DNA from: Tubulanus polymorphus | Taxonomy: Eukaryota; Animalia; Nemertea | NCBI RefSeq assembly: GCF_964204645.1 | Contig: NC_134030.1 | Coordinates: 4,940,778-5,004,777, forward strand | Direction of reading: 5' to 3' | DNA length: 64,000 nucleotides | Part shown: positions 14,801-27,279 of the stretch, in pieces | Numbering within the stretch: position 1 is the stretch's first letter | Layout: each line of letters opens with the position of its first letter | The notes under the pieces: model-generated | Databases searched by the model: none | Told to the model about the DNA's origin: nothing | What the model saw: the letters and a program-made list of their open reading frames with translations, nothing else | Made by a program: the position numbers and the translations under genes

Positions 14801-17800
14801 AGGATGGGTTAAAAAAAAATCATATAAGATACACACAGTATACAGATTATCCAACTCTGTGGCGCTATACTGATGAATGATTGATCATGTGACGGTCGGA
14901 CGAGAGTTAACCGGCTTAATTATGTACTACTTCCTATAACAAAGTATTCGCAATAAGACTCGCAGTAGAAACTGCTCCATTCTGTCACCAGCTATTAAAA
15001 AACTCATTCATCAAATGTCACAGCAATAATTAATTATTCATCGATGTTCCTACAATATTCTCTTATACTTGGTGACTAAGTTTACCTGTTTGATTAGATA
15101 GGCCTAATTAATTAGGCCTATGCGTCTTATTAATAATTCATAATTCATCTGATCTATTGAATGGGTGTTAATTGAAGCTCAGTTCAACCTTTCTAGTTCA
15201 GCGTATTAATCTGTTTATAACTCGATCCATTACTGCGCACAAATTGACAATAACGAGAGAACATGTAAAACAAGTGAAAATACAGCAATAAAAAATTAGT
15301 TTCCAAAATAGTAAATTAGTTTCCAATCTATCTATTAAAATGTGAACTAATTCTATATGATTTATGATAGTAGATTCACAGTGTGGTATCATATCATTCT
15401 GGACAATCCTCTGACGTTGAATAGACAAATCAACTAAATGCATTCATTATGGATATTTGCTAGACAGAAGGGAGACTGGCAGTCATGAGACTGTCACACA
15501 TAGCCTATTCTAATCCCCTCGTATCATTAGCCATCTGCCCAGATCGTTCTAAATTAAATACACGCTTCAAGATTTACAACGTCGGTTTATCTAACAATAA
15601 ATTCCTGACCAGGGATAGTTTATGAGCCATATGCACTTACTTTTAAAGACTAAAATTTCTCTGAAATGAATTTAAACTTAGTCAAATGAATGTTTCATTC
15701 TTCGAATTAAGTCATTATCATAATGATATTAATGTAGAGAATTGAATTACATATACCTGTATTTTTATTTTGAACAGAGTATCTGTACTAGTTAGCTAGT
15801 GCAGGCCATTCAAATATATGCACATGCATAATTCATCTCCTTAACTGCGTAGTGGATACTATGCCTGTAGACCACATCGAAGAACCGTTATAGAGTGTTG
15901 ATGATAAATTAGACCACATCATTGGATAAATCAATATCTTGGGCATCACTAGGATTTTTTAAAGGGGTTCAGAATTAAAACAAGTGGAACTATATGCCAT
16001 CCTTTGCACTGTATCCACTGAGCACCCAAAGGCAAGCATTTCTGAGTTCTTGGAATTCTGAATATTCTTAAATAGTCCAATAAGTTTTGAGAGGCGTTTT
16101 CATGACATTTTTGGGTAAATATTTATGAAATTTCTGGAATGAGAAATTTGGAACTAAAAAAATGTGAGATTTAAAAAAAAAGGGTTGTCTGTTTCCCCTA
16201 ACCCTCCTCTGGTGAAACCCATGATACGGTACTTAAAATGATAAGAAATTGAATGAAATATCTCCTGAAACTGAAAGAACAGAGAACTTTTGACAATACA
16301 CCCGCTACCTAACAATTCTTATGATGACGGTCTATTTCATCATTTACAAAAACACAAATCAGTCTTGAATTCATGTGTCTTGATTATATTCAGTTAATAG
16401 TATATTTTGTGACCAAAACATATGGAAAGCATCGAGACATTTAGTTGCCGTTGCTGCCATACTGACACATGCTATAACTACATACCCAGTAGAACAAGAG
16501 TATTCCCACTTTCTACGCAGTTTGAGGATAAAATCCAGATATTTGAAGATGTCCGGACACACCACCAACTAAATCCACCTAGGCTGCAGTAATTCCCGTC
16601 AATATCGGAGGAGAAAATACGCAATAATATTCATTACCGGCCGGCAGAGAACCTGGCGACTTCATCCGATGTGTTCGCAGCGTATAATGCTGTCATCGCG
16701 CTTATACCGCGCACAGAGCCGTGTGTCGCGTATCCAGTTAGAATCAATGAGAGCAAGATGGCGAACAGTCAGCCACCTGGTTCATATTCAGCATTTCAAA
16801 TAGCGCAAGACGACTTGTCCCGGCGACAATTTCTATAGAGCACCCATATACATTATATAGGTCTATACAAAAAAATTGTGAAGAACCTTGAGTATTTATG
16901 TGTAACATTAATTTAAAATTGCTACCAAATTTAGTATAGGCCTATCATCACTATATTCTTAATGTTACCCCCGGTTCTGATAAATTTGAAATCTCGTATC
17001 TAATTTTGTCTTCATTTATCGGTAAGCGTTATGCGACCAGATCTAAAAATCGACTGTATAACTTATACGTCATCCATGTAGGGCAAAGTCATTATCTTTG
17101 TCAGAATTTTACTAGACAATTTGCATTACTGGCAGATGCCATGTTCATCTGTCATTTCAGTTTTTAAACAGTTATGTAATTTTCAAACCTTTTTTTTATA
17201 GAAAATCACTTTCCGTCGTTATCCAGAACGTTAATCATTCACGCTGTTGGAATATTTTTGGAATATTTTCACGAGAAAAATGAACAGTTTACATGGAGAG
17301 AAAGCGTATTTATTCATTTTACATTGTTAAATTTAGCTAGATGTGTGGGGGAGGTGAGATAGGGTTCAGATCAAAGATCAGGTAATATGCAATATTGTCA
17401 TTCGAATGGAGATCACTCAACCTACAATGATAAAAAGACTATACGCGTAAAAATAGTCGAACGTTCGCATCAGACTCATCGCAAATAATGTAAACGTCAT
17501 TTTTTAAATGATACAAAAATACTAAGTGTTACACATGATTTTCGAGTGCCTTTGTTAGATGGAAGACTTCGCTGCGAAATTACAAGCTGATCTCAGCTCT
17601 TCATCCAAATGGAGTGTACTTCATGTGGCAAAGTGCTAACCATGTCGCCATTTAGAGTAACAACACCAAAATCACCGATAAAAGATAATACTTAATGCTG
17701 AACAAATGAAAAGAGATATTCTAATACATTTTTTCATCGCCAGAAAATTTCAAATGTACGAATCCGTACGGCCGTGGCCACATTTTTCCATGCTCTCTTT

Positions 17801-20800
17801 CTTGTTAATGGATAGATATCATGATGTGGTTCTGGTTCTTGGGGTCCTCATAGATGTGTATTCTATCTAAACCTTGACGTTGCATTCCCGTTTCGCTTTG
17901 GTGACGCTTTGATTTACCCTGTAGGATAAACCGGAGGTTAAATAATGTATTGACTTATCACACGGTACCACTAACTAATAAAGCAATAATTAGATAATCA
18001 TCACTTCACGACAAGGAGATCTTGGGCTACATTCACTGGCGAGCGACGAATAATTTTCGACCAGACTACTCTATCATTTTTGTGTCATTTCTTGCCGGCG
18101 CTAGTCTGGCGCTAATTGAATAAGGTCACTTTCGAACAAAAGATAAGTACAGGGTCCAGACTCAGCCCGTCAAACGCAATTTGTGTCCAGGCAGACGACC
18201 AGGTAGTTATCACAGTCGCGCAGTCAGTCGCACCGTCAGTTAGTCTGGGATGTTGTTTCTTTTTTAAATGACAACACAAAGCTCCATATCGAAAGAAAAG
18301 TTATAAGTGAAGAAAAATAGCGTCTACGTATTTTTTTGCGTCGGAAGTTCATATGAAAATATTATATATGAAAATCGTGAGCTAAATGATATTGACTTGA
18401 GAAACAAAGTCTTACGTACAACGCGGGCAGACGTCTGATTTTCCATTTGAATGAATAAATTGTCAATGTTTCGTGTAATCTTCGCTGTAATCAAAGTAAA
18501 GTCAAGTTATTTTGCTCGAGAACAAAAGAAAAGTCATGTTTTGGCAGCCAAGATGACACGACGATCCGATTGTCGCAATCCCGAGGGTTTTAACTAAGAT
18601 TTGTCAATGCTGCGACGACCAACGGTCGACGACACCGCCGATTAAGACAAACGGCTACGCATTATTTTCCGCCGCCGAACGGAAATCTGTTGTTCTTTTC
18701 ACTTTCCCTAATGTCGACATCTTGTCACGCACAAAGAAACGATCTATACACAGCGCGGTCGCGGTGACTCAAAACGTGCGTGGCTGGCGGGCTGGCGGGC
18801 TCGACGAGGTGATTGATGTGTTTTCACGAATAGTTGCTCGGCAACCAATGCGAATGTCCTTTGTTTTGTCGGCGTAAAAAGAACGAGTGAAGCGATATTT
18901 CAAAATTTCTCGGAGCACACCACATGCGAAGAGATGAGCTAATTAAAATTTGTGGCGCACGGAAATGACAGCGCTGTGAGAAAAACACGGCTTTAATCAG
19001 AGTAACGTAGTTAGAGACATAATACTTGTCTCCATACCACAACGTGGTAATTAATCAAAAGGCTCCAAATGATAGAAGAAATTGAACAGAACGTGTTGTG
19101 GCCACTGTGGGATGAAGAGCATCATCAAGCCCCCCCCCCCCCCAAAAAAAAAAAAAACCCGGAAATTCAGTTTACAATATATTTCATCATCGATGATTTA
19201 ATGCAAGCGCCGCAATATACTGAGATCGTACAATATGCGAATCTGGATGGTTACTTGAAATATTCAACGTTATATCAAGGTTCTTATTTCACTTCCACAG
19301 CTATTTACCTCAATTGAATTAACCCGTATTTTAAAAACTACGAAACGACCTTATATTATCCAAACGTGCGTATGACATAACTGCTGTATTGTAATATTCA
19401 TATAGGAACAGGAAAGCTCTCAAATGAAATATTCAGGTATTTTCCAGAACGTTTCCCCTCTCTCTCTCTCTTTATCAAGAATTCACTGAAAAACATCCCA
19501 GTTTTTCCATCGGTTTTATCACCATGGTAACTCGCAGCAATGGTGAGGACGGCGATGGAGTATAGTGAGTCACCTTACCGACGTTCGATATATTAATTTC
19601 TTTTCACGAGATGTTCGTCAGACGATAAAAAATATTCACGGCAGTCCGCACTATGAATTGACATCGCTGCGCGGTGCATGTGTGTGTATTACGCTCTTGT
19701 AGAAAATCGTGAGTTATTCGTGATAAAATATATTCGGATTGTTGATCTTGAAATAGGGAATTTCCCTCTCCTGATTGATTGATTTCGATTTAATTTGATT
19801 TTGAACCTTACCAACCCAGCAGCACACCTGCCAGGAACGAAACAGGAGGGATGATTAGTCGAATTTACTTCTTTTTTTAAATCGAGGTATTAATTGAAGA
19901 TTTCGGTTCCAGCCGGTGTAAATAAACTTCCAATCAGCCTTAACAGGCAAGCCACACTGATTTTGGTTAATTATTGACTGTCTATATAATACGATGAAAG
20001 AGGCAGGTTTGAAGCATCATATCAGCGCAACAAACTGTCGAAACTGTATCTCTAACTGCCCCGAGACTATTGAAATAATCTGGGTAGTCTTCAAGGTGCA
20101 TTATAGCTAAACAATTAACTATGTACCTGCAAGGTTTCAGTTTATTATTTCCTTCGAGCATTTCTCCAAATATAATACATTCATTGTTTTGTTGCGACGT
20201 TTATCGAAGGGAAATTCTAAGCGTTTATTGATAATACATATAACTTTTTTTGCATTAAAATGGAGAAACGGTGAAAGAAGAAGTTTCGTCTCGGGGGTAT
20301 TTTAAGTGCATTAGCAAAATCGATCAAAATATTCGATACAAAAGAAAGACTATTACCAGTTCAAACGGTTTTTTTTTCATCGGGGTGCAAAATACCGATA
20401 AAAATAAACATGTCGGAGCAGAATCGATGGAAAATATCAAATTTTGAAATGATAGAAATTGATTTTTCAATAATCATTCCACCGTACTACCCGAAGGGGA
20501 TGTTACTCAAATATCAAAGTGCATTTGAGATATGAGACCAAAACGTATTTCATTTTGTGGATTCATACACATTATGATCCATGTGCCTATGGGCACATTA
20601 ACCGACCCTGACCTCAACATGTTCGTGGAGCGGGTTTGATTTGTCTCTGAATCAAGTTCGGCAGTTACAATGTTGTAGTTGTACGGGTTTGATTTAACTA
20701 CGGGCCCCAGTTCCATAGTTGTGCGGGTGTGGTTAAACTCTGCGGACCCATTGATCGTTGGTGGAGATTATCAGACGTCACATCACGTGTCATTATGGAC

Positions 20801-22136
20801 TGCCACTTGGTGGCCAGCATGACGTGCAGTGACGCCACGTGCATGAGTAAACATGATGCGTCGAAAATGTTGGCAAATTTCAAAGAGAAAGACATAAAAA
20901 GAACTTCGTTGACATTTTTGATTGATTTTCACCGATAATTCCAGCGATGCCACGTTTAACAGTATTCAATTTCACCGAGTTAAACCCTACAGCAATAAAG
21001 TATATTTAAGAAGTCACGAATAGTTTTCCCCAAAATATGGATTGCCGTATATAGATGTTGTTCAAGTGGGTGACTGAATATTAATTCAAGTTATAGATCG
21101 ACAGTTTGTGATATTTTTTTCCAATAAACCCGTGTTCAAAACGTTTACATCTGTTGCCCCTAGAGGGGGTTGATAAACATTTTGAATTCGAGTCAATGAC
21201 ATCGATAACGACTGACACACCCTAGGATAGTGTCTCTGAAATCTTTTACGAACACATTTTATTTTCTATTATCAAGCAGACATTTTATATTCGGTCGATA
21301 GAATAATTTAACAGAGCTGCCTAGGTATGTGATATCCTTTTTAGTGATTAGGTTCACTGGTTAAATGGAGAGAATATGGAAGAGAATAAATCAATGTTGG
21401 TGGTCCTAGAAATCACTTGAACTATCGTCAGACAATATTGATTCGTTTTTCTGACGGATACGTCGTGGCCCTCGGAAAAGCCAATTTTGTCATAAGTGTT
21501 TGCGAGACCTTGAAACTGTAATCGATTTTATATTAGGACGCAACAGCTGTGGACAATTAGGTAATATCGACATGATTTACTGAGGATATTCATCAAATAA
21601 ATCAGTGATCTATGACGACAAAAGTTTCATTTATGGTCTCCATATGTTGCCACACAATCACCACGAAAACTGCATATACATATCGGCTCAGAAACTGGAT
21701 CCAAATTTGATTTAAAACAAAGTATTGTCGGAAAATATTGTCAGACCGGACTAGGTTTAGCATTGAAGGGGTTAAGTGAATAAGAGAAACTAATTAGATC
21801 AATGGTGTGACCGATGACAATGAAATGGAACAATAGCCATCAACCACGACTCAGAATATTGAAAAGATACTTTAATAGGACGTTAAACGAGCGTGAAAGA
21901 TAATTTACGAACGAAATCCTCTCGGGAACCGCAGCACTGTCATCGGTTTCGAAACGCATCGTCCCAAAGCGACCATTCATCAATCGAAACTTGAAGCGTG
22001 TTTTTTTCCTCGGTTGTATTGTCTTCTGTAGTGAGAATATCTTTCGCATTGTTAAGATCTTGTCAGTCGCTTTGAAAACCTGAGATGGATTCGCCACGAA
22101 AAGACGCAGGCAATATGGCAACGACGTCGCTACAGA

Positions 22137-22659
22137 GTGATTCCCAAAAGATCATGGAGAGCATCCATAAGGGAATCACCTAAAGGTGACTATTACTCTC
22201 TATTCAAAGATAATCATAGCCTGGAGTTTATTTACACGTCGGACATTCCTGATGACCTGCTATATAGTTTAAGTAGATTTAGAACGTGTAACCACAAACT
22301 TCCAATTGAAACTGGTAGATGGATGAAAGTACCCAGAGAAAACAGGACCTGTCCTCTTTGCAACAGTGCTATAGGGGACGAATATCATTATATATTATGT
22401 TGTCCAACCCTTGACGTTTTAAGGACCAAGTACATTGAGAGAAAATTTTCAATTTATCCAAACCAGTATAAATTCTCCTCCCTTATGCAGACAAAAAACA
22501 TCAGAACACTTTATAATTTATGTATCTTTATAAGTAAAATTGCTAAAATATTTGTGTAAACACGGCATTCGCTGCTATGTTATTTTGTATAATGTTCTAT
22601 TTTTCACTCATATTGTCTAATTTGTAGACCTTGAGTTTGTCAAATAAACTGTAAACTGT
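22137..22659 (+). mobile_element. 5'-truncated non-LTR retrotransposon (LINE, RTE-X-like), ORF2 C-terminus + 3'UTR
   Basis: ORF 22137-22559 has FRTCNHKLPIETGRW...RENRTCPLC...DEYHYILCCP, the CCHC knuckle region of RTE-X-type LINE ORF2. It is followed by AATAAA (22643) and a short (AACTGT)n tail. Confidence 0.85.
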
Positions 22660-25600
22660 TAGTAGTTGATTGACAGGACCGTTTGCGACTGTCCTATCAG
22701 ACTCGAATGAATGGAATTTGTGTCAGCTTCATTGTTTTAGGTTTAGTCATCGCGCATCATAAATTGCTCATCTTCGCATGATGAGACAAAAGACAATTAA
22801 CTATTGCGCAATTTCTGAAAGGGAGACAATGGAGGATGGTCGCGCATTAGTAAGTGCTTAATGTGCTTAATGGCACATTAGACTCGAGTTACAGTTACCA
22901 GAAAATTCATTTAACCTTTTTTATTCCAACTTCAAGCAGCTCTGCTTCGGGCACCAATCCTCAAAAGAAACCAATATAAACGTCGAAGAAACCGGTTTGA
23001 TTAAAATACAGAAACTAATCACGAAAACGTTCTTAAAAACATACGTAGGCAAATAGCGAGAGTCTACAGTTACCGAATCACTAGTACTGAACGTCGTAAT
23101 CGCAATATCGGAGGTGATTAGTTTGTAATGAAACCTGATGGATGTATGACGATTTTGGTGATTCACTCGTCGGCAAACAGTAGGTGCTGTGTTTGCTGCA
23201 GTAAAATCGAGAATAACGTGACGAGAAAATGATTCATTCCAGTTCTGTCCCGGGAAGATATACGTAATTCTCGCTAATACGATAAATCTTTTTTTTCTGT
23301 CGCAAAGCTCAAAATCATGAGGTTTTATTGTGTGCGCTTCACTTGTTTCGACATTTTACAAGCGCGTTAGATTTCCCATCCGGATTGTTTTCATTTTCTG
23401 TAATCATGTCGATGAGATTTTTATCAAAAAGATTAATAGATATCGGTATCAAATGACTCTAGGGCCTACCGATTCGATGCACTGACCCAGTTCCATAGTT
23501 CAGGTTTTGACTTTAAAACATTAAAAATGAACTAACTCTAGATTCATACTAAACTGAAAACTGTCCTGGGACTCGGAATCCAGGTATGTATCGGTGGAGC
23601 TTAGCAATTTGCACACAGAAACGTGATACTGAATAAGCTCAATCTAAATTGATGAGTTCTAACGCATGTGCACGGAATTCAGCGATCAATAACTATTAAT
23701 ACAAACGCATTAAGCAACAGATTATTATTTTACCGAATCGATGACAGATTTATTGCCCTGAGTGAGGATGACTCACTGAGGATCTCCGATGAGATTTTAC
23801 CTGATCTACAGGTAAGAGAGATGATCATGCCACCCGGTAATCAGCATGGCGACGATCCGGTAGTCGATCAAGAAGGTTACCACCGGTGACGTCGATCGCG
23901 CTTACCGCAGAGAGCGATGCAGGCCTTCGATGACTCACACCTTCAACAGGAAGACAGTTTTACATAATTAATTTATAGGCCCAATAAATTGTTAGTGTCC
24001 CGCCATATACATCCCCGCTGTCATGGTAATCGTCCAAGTCGCCACCTCAGATTCTATGCTTCACAGGAAGCCTATTCCTATATCGATTTTATGTGTCGTT
24101 GCATTAGATGTTAAGTGCAAATAAATTCAAGGCTATAATATGATAGAATGCAAAGAAAAGAATCCTAATACTTTCTATGCAGATACTGGGCGGGAAATTC
24201 TAGAAATAAGATTTATGGTATCGATTCAAAAAATCGGTCCATTCCTCTCATTCCCATACCCTCCTTACCAACTTTGAAAAATCTACATAATCCAAGAACA
24301 TCTCGCACTATCGAGAAAGAAGATCGATAGAAAGGACAACCGCGGAAAACTTCTCAAGAAGACATCCACTCAGTGCGGATTATGAATTAGCCACGACTGA
24401 CTCATCTTACATTATATTGGTCAATAGCACCATCTCTCTGTCAATCTGAATCGCTATCAACGCTTCAGGTGTGTCCATTTACAGGGTGGACACTGAACCT
24501 GGGAAATGTAGATTTAATCATTAAACGATTTTTCCTCATCAAAAAAGGTATAGTTATGAGAATGGAGTGCCTATCCTTGAGAATTATAGAAATATGTTTA
24601 TTCTTGGATAGAGTTCTTACTGGATGGCAAGATATCTATCTCAATGATTTTTTCCATTTCCGAGGAAGCGCAATTGCAGTTTAGAACCCCGGGTTACGAA
24701 AACAAGCAATTAGATTCAATGTCTTCATTCTGTGACTCAAGGCAGCTTCATTTTGAAGATATTCAGTCAGGTAACCACTTGAATTAAAATCTGAGCAGTG
24801 TGACAGAGAGAGAATGAGGGGTACATAAGCCACTGTGACTCATCGTGAATATAGACCCTCAGGTCAAAACCAATTACATCTCCGCTTAACGACAAGACAA
24901 TTTATGGCAATTCTAGATCGCTCGTTCTCAGCAACTTCAGGAATTCTACACCATCATCATCAGTAAAATGAACGCTACATTTTAGAATTCAAAAAAGAGG
25001 GCGCTCAGCTTTAAACAGGAATTTAGATTTTAGATTCTGCGCATAGGCCACAGTTGTGACTTCGTAGAGAAAATTGAGAATAGAAACGCTTTTGTTAATT
25101 GAAAATCGAGAATAGTAACTTTTTGCTAATTCAATTCCTGTAGACTAAAACGGCATTTTCGTAGACATTAAGTCGGAAATTAGTGTCGGGCTGAGCATCG
25201 TAAATGACCAATACAAAATTGAAATGAAATTGTCACAAAAGAAAAGTGTTTTTATAAACGAATTAAACCGTGACAAAATTATGGTTGGCCATTAATAAAT
25301 GACCAAGAAACGACACTTCCTGTAGTAAATCCATCAACTTTCGCATAATGAAATTTCGTTGTCATTTCCGATACGGTTGCTACATTCTGAAATTAATTTC
25401 CACGGTCTATAATTTGTTTTGTGTCGATAATAGCTCCCGGCGAAGTGGACAACATAAACCCTGTTTACGGGTCGCAACAAACATTTGAAAGATACGCATG
25501 TGACCAGCAAAAACATATGAAGTTAAGACGATGCCAATGTAGTCTCCCATGATACGGTAATCTAATGAATTTCGAGAGATTCTACAAGGAACATTGTATG

Positions 25601-27279
25601 TAGAAGTTTAAACGCAGCTGTGCTAATGTCTTAAGGGGCACTGGCGAAAATTAACATTTTCGATGCTGGCAAAATGAGGAATTGTTGTGCGATAGAGCGA
25701 TGTAATCAAGAAAATTGACGAAGTCAAACAAATCATCAATCTTCGTTACAGGGGCGACACTGCCGTGCAGCGCAAAACAAACCCATCAGTGAATTACTAG
25801 ACAAATGCTGCAGGCATTCTGTCACGTTCATCCCATTACTTTACGTACAAGCGAACCAAAATCAATTGCGAACTTTGCACTGATATATAAGAGTTCGTGT
25901 AAGACGTCAGGCCGCCTTCTCCCAAGTTGTAAAACCTGACCCGCCGCGGTCCCATGTTAATAGTGATTATAGAGCAAATGGTTTTAAACCGTGACTATAT
26001 GCAACTGGCTCCAAATCTTATCGTAAAAAAAAACAACATTCCCGGGTACTATTAATGTGCTTTTAGCCGAGAAGATTTTACATGATCAATATAATGCCGA
26101 ATACCGTGTTTATTGCTGCTGCACTTTTTTGGATCAAAGAAACGATGACCAAAACAACCTTCAGTGCCAATTTGTGTGATGATCACATCGCACTGGATGA
26201 TGCGAGCGCAGATCAATGGCTGCATCTAAGTGATTTAACCTGTTCTATCGTTTCATTTCTTCATCAAACGATTTAGCTTCCGTGTAGTCATTACATGAGA
26301 GGGTAACAAGAAAGAGGTTCACGGCATACAAGTCGTTTTGGCTAAAAAATGCAGCTCATCCACCGTTTGCATTTTCAAAGCAGTATCTCAGGGCAAAGAA
26401 AAAAGCCTATACCCTGTACTTAATTCCAATTCTTTTGAGTTCATGCATATTTCTTTAGAAGGACCTTGATAATACCCTGTGGGTAATAAGTGAATTTGTC
26501 GTATTAAACTGGTTTCCCTATCATCCAAAGCTCGATTGATATAAATATCTTAGCTGGGACATGCTGGAAATCAACGTGTTTCGTCTCGGAATGGAATCGT
26601 GTTAACGAGGTTCAACTGTATTAAAGAATGAAGTGGATCCAATGCTCCATTCTTCAGAACATAAGAAAAAGCAATGATTTATTCTCTAATTAAGACTTTT
26701 ATTAAAAAATATCAAATATGCTTTGTATAAAATAACATGTAATAGCAAACAGATATGAAAACCCTGACCAGCAGGATGAATTTACATTGATAACTGATTA
26801 TCATCAAATGAGATGGATGCAAAGGTTTAACCAACAAAATCCTATAATTCAAAATCTTGGCCCACGTAAGCTCTGGCAGAAGTAACCCTAAATAGCTGCC
26901 ATTTCTATAAGAGCTAACTATTAGCCAACAGTTTTGTAACATCTCTTAGTATTTTCCATAATTGTCGGTTTTTTCTTCAAATTGAATTATAGACAATCAC
27001 TTGTCTATGGAAACAAACATTGGCTCAATTCTACAGATATTCATTCAATAACTGTGTGACTTTGTCAATTAGTATTTCACAGAAACTTGCCTACACTAAG
27101 ACAGAAGATTATTCTAAGCTCATTGTAAAACTGGTGGAGGGCAGTTCATTTTATAGAAGTGAGCCTACATTTCTATTCACAACTAACAGTTGTACATTTA
27201 AAAATATCGCATTCACACATTCTACCCTTCACTTGCAGATTCAATGAGATATGATAGAGACACTACATATGATTTCCGA

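Noticed and set aside
19130-19157. poly-C followed by poly-A (PPPPKKKK)
   Set aside because: Simple homopolymers with no evidence of function.
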